Of a stretch of 64,000 bases of DNA, positions 62,697 through 64,000 are shown piece by piece. The notes under the pieces are model-generated. The model saw only the letters and a list, made by a program, of their open reading frames with translations, made no database searches and was not told where the DNA came from. Position numbers and translations under genes: made by a program. How positions within the stretch are numbered: the stretch's first letter is position 1; each line of letters opens with the position of its first letter. Origin of the DNA: Lachnospiraceae bacterium (lineage in GTDB: Bacteria; Bacillota; Clostridia; Lachnospirales; Lachnospiraceae); NCBI GenBank assembly GCA_014804695.1, contig JAAUZJ010000007.1:53545-117544 (forward strand), given 5' to 3'.

Positions 62697-63749
62697 GTGA
62701 GAACACAAATTATACAGATTAATGAACAAAATATAAATCAGGAATTAATTAACCAGGCCGGCGATATAATTAAATCAGGCGGTCTGGTTGCTTTTCCGAC
62801 AGAAACGGTATATGGGTTGGGGGGAGACGCACTCTCACCCGAATCTTCAAAGAAGATATATGCGGCCAAAGGAAGACCTTCTGATAATCCGCTCATAGTG
62901 CATATTTGCCGTATGGAGGATTTGGCTCACATTGTCAGAGAGATACCGGAAGCTGCCTATAAACTTGCCAAAGCTTTCTGGCCGGGACCGCTTACCATGA
63001 TCTTTAACAAATCAGAGCTTGTGCCTTATGAGACTACCGGAGGTCTGGATACGGTGGCGGTAAGATTTCCGTCACATCCTGTAGCAAGGGCTTTTATTGA
63101 AGCATCCGGCGGTTATGTGGCAGCGCCAAGCGCTAATATCTCAGGCAGACCGAGTCCGACTCTTGCCAAATATGTGACGGAGGATATGAATGGCAGGATC
63201 GATATGATTCTGGACGGCGGAGATGTGGAGATTGGTCTTGAATCCACTATAATTGATATGACGGCCGAAGAACCTATGATACTGCGCCCGGGATATATTA
63301 CAAGGGAAATGCTGGAAGATATTCTATCATCGGTGGATGAAGACAGCACTATAATGAATGATGACAGTAAACAGGCGCCTAAGGCTCCCGGTATGAAGTA
63401 CCGCCACTATGCACCGAAGGCTGAACTGACGATTGTTGACGGGAAAGCGGATAGTGTGGTAGATTATATTAATGGAGAGTTATGCCGTTTAAAACAAGAA
63501 GGGCATAAAACCGGGGTTATTGCGGCAAATGATACAATTGCAAGGTATAAGGCCGATATTTGTAAAAATATCGGGAACCGCAATGATGAAAAAGCTATTG
63601 CCAGGGAGTTATACCGGATTCTCAGGGAATTTGATGATGAAAAAACGACCGTTATTTATTCGGAAGCATTTGATGCGTCAGGCGTTGGGCAGGCGGTAAT
63701 GAACAGACTGCTTAAGGCTGCGGGACATAAGATCATATATTTAAAATAG
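62697..63749 (+). CDS. tsaC: L-threonylcarbamoyladenylate synthase (Sua5/YwlC long form of TsaC)
   Basis: GGLVAFPTETVYGLGGDA, KGRPSDNPLIVH, FWPGPLT, APSANISGRPSPT, and a C-terminal Sua5 domain. GTG start. Confidence 0.9.
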   Translation: MRTQIIQINEQNINQELINQAGDIIKSGGLVAFPTETVYGLGGDALSPESSKKIYAAKGRPSDNPLIVHICRMEDLAHIVREIPEAAYKLAKAFWPGPLTMIFNKSELVPYETTGGLDTVAVRFPSHPVARAFIEASGGYVAAPSANISGRPSPTLAKYVTEDMNGRIDMILDGGDVEIGLESTIIDMTAEEPMILRPGYITREMLEDILSSVDEDSTIMNDDSKQAPKAPGMKYRHYAPKAELTIVDGKADSVVDYINGELCRLKQEGHKTGVIAANDTIARYKADICKNIGNRNDEKAIARELYRILREFDDEKTTVIYSEAFDASGVGQAVMNRLLKAAGHKIIYLK

Positions 63750-63760
63750 GGGGATTTATT

Positions 63761-64000
63761 ATGATAGGAATCGGAAGTGACCACGGTGGATTTGATCTTA
63801 AACAATCAGTCATCGGATATTTGAAGGAACAGGGAATTGAATATAAAGATTTCGGATGTATGGATAAATCTTCATGCGATTATCCGGTCTATGGCAGGGC
63901 GGTAGCCGAGGCAGTAGCCAAGGGCGAGTGCGAGAAGGGAATTGTGGTCTGCACTACGGGAATAGGCATTTCCATGACTGCAAATAAGGTACCCGGTGTA
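63761..64000 (+). CDS. rpiB: Ribose-5-phosphate isomerase B (3' end outside window)
   Basis: My manual translation is MIGIGSDHGGFDLKQSVIGYLKEQGIEYKDFG...GIVVCTTGIGISMTANKVPGV, which has the RpiB/LacAB hallmarks. The frame is open to the window edge, so it is not in the ORF track. Confidence 0.9.
   Translation, partial: MIGIGSDHGGFDLKQSVIGYLKEQGIEYKDFGCMDKSSCDYPVYGRAVAEAVAKGECEKGIVVCTTGIGISMTANKVPGV

Noticed and set aside
1-64000. CRISPR arrays, transposases or IS elements, integrases, prophage genes, tRNA or rRNA genes.
   Set aside because: I saw no spaced direct-repeat array, no DDE or tyrosine/serine recombinase-like ORF, no phage structural genes, and no tRNA-like or rRNA-like sequence in any intergenic region. 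This check was by eye only, so tRNAscan or Infernal would be more reliable.

Overview
This window looks like a chromosomal core region of a low-GC, anaerobic, flagellated Firmicute. A Clostridia or Lachnospiraceae-like origin is my inference from gene content and Bacillus subtilis-like synteny, not a database result. I support about 57 protein genes, mostly on the + strand.

Gene content from left to right:
- Left end: an S1-domain protein (5' partial), a CPBP protease and a YjfB-like motility protein.
- Division block: PucR-type regulator, ftsE, ftsX, a coiled-coil M23 peptidase and an S41 C-terminal protease.
- Two very large secreted proteins with acidic low-complexity regions: one transglutaminase-like with Ig-like repeats, one an S8 subtilase.
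- cobB-like sirtuin, then uvrB and uvrA.
- mbl, two flagellar rod genes and a FlgJ-N-like gene.
- recD2, comFC and yvyF, followed by two unknown membrane proteins.
- cdaA, cdaR and glmM (c-di-AMP synthesis), then ptsH and leuA.
- A second sirtuin, a DUF951 gene, rpsF, ssb, rpsR, gdpP, rplI and dnaB.
- A MerR regulator.
- A minus-strand anaerobic block: ferredoxin, a small peptide, pflA and a split PFL locus.
- DUF1858, mecA, a GH18/SH3 wall hydrolase, an Rrf2 regulator and a CwlD-like amidase.
- A signalling cluster with one stand-alone receiver and three tandem hybrid histidine kinases.
- kduD, sua5/tsaC and rpiB (3' partial).

I saw no rRNA, tRNA, CRISPR array, transposase, integrase or phage genes.

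Most unusual observations:
1. Pyruvate formate-lyase is encoded as three ORFs, each with its own RBS. An exactly in-frame 354-bp insert flanked by a 6-bp direct repeat separates the catalytic body from the glycyl-radical domain. The insert also carries a small Cys-containing ORF that resembles a glycine-less radical domain.
2. One polypeptide carries a complete phosphorelay (HK-REC-HPt-REC-HD-GYP), and a neighbouring gene encodes an HK-REC-DegV fusion.
3. A conserved two-hairpin intergenic element is present in at least two copies.

All calls come from reading the sequence and translations by eye. No searches were run.
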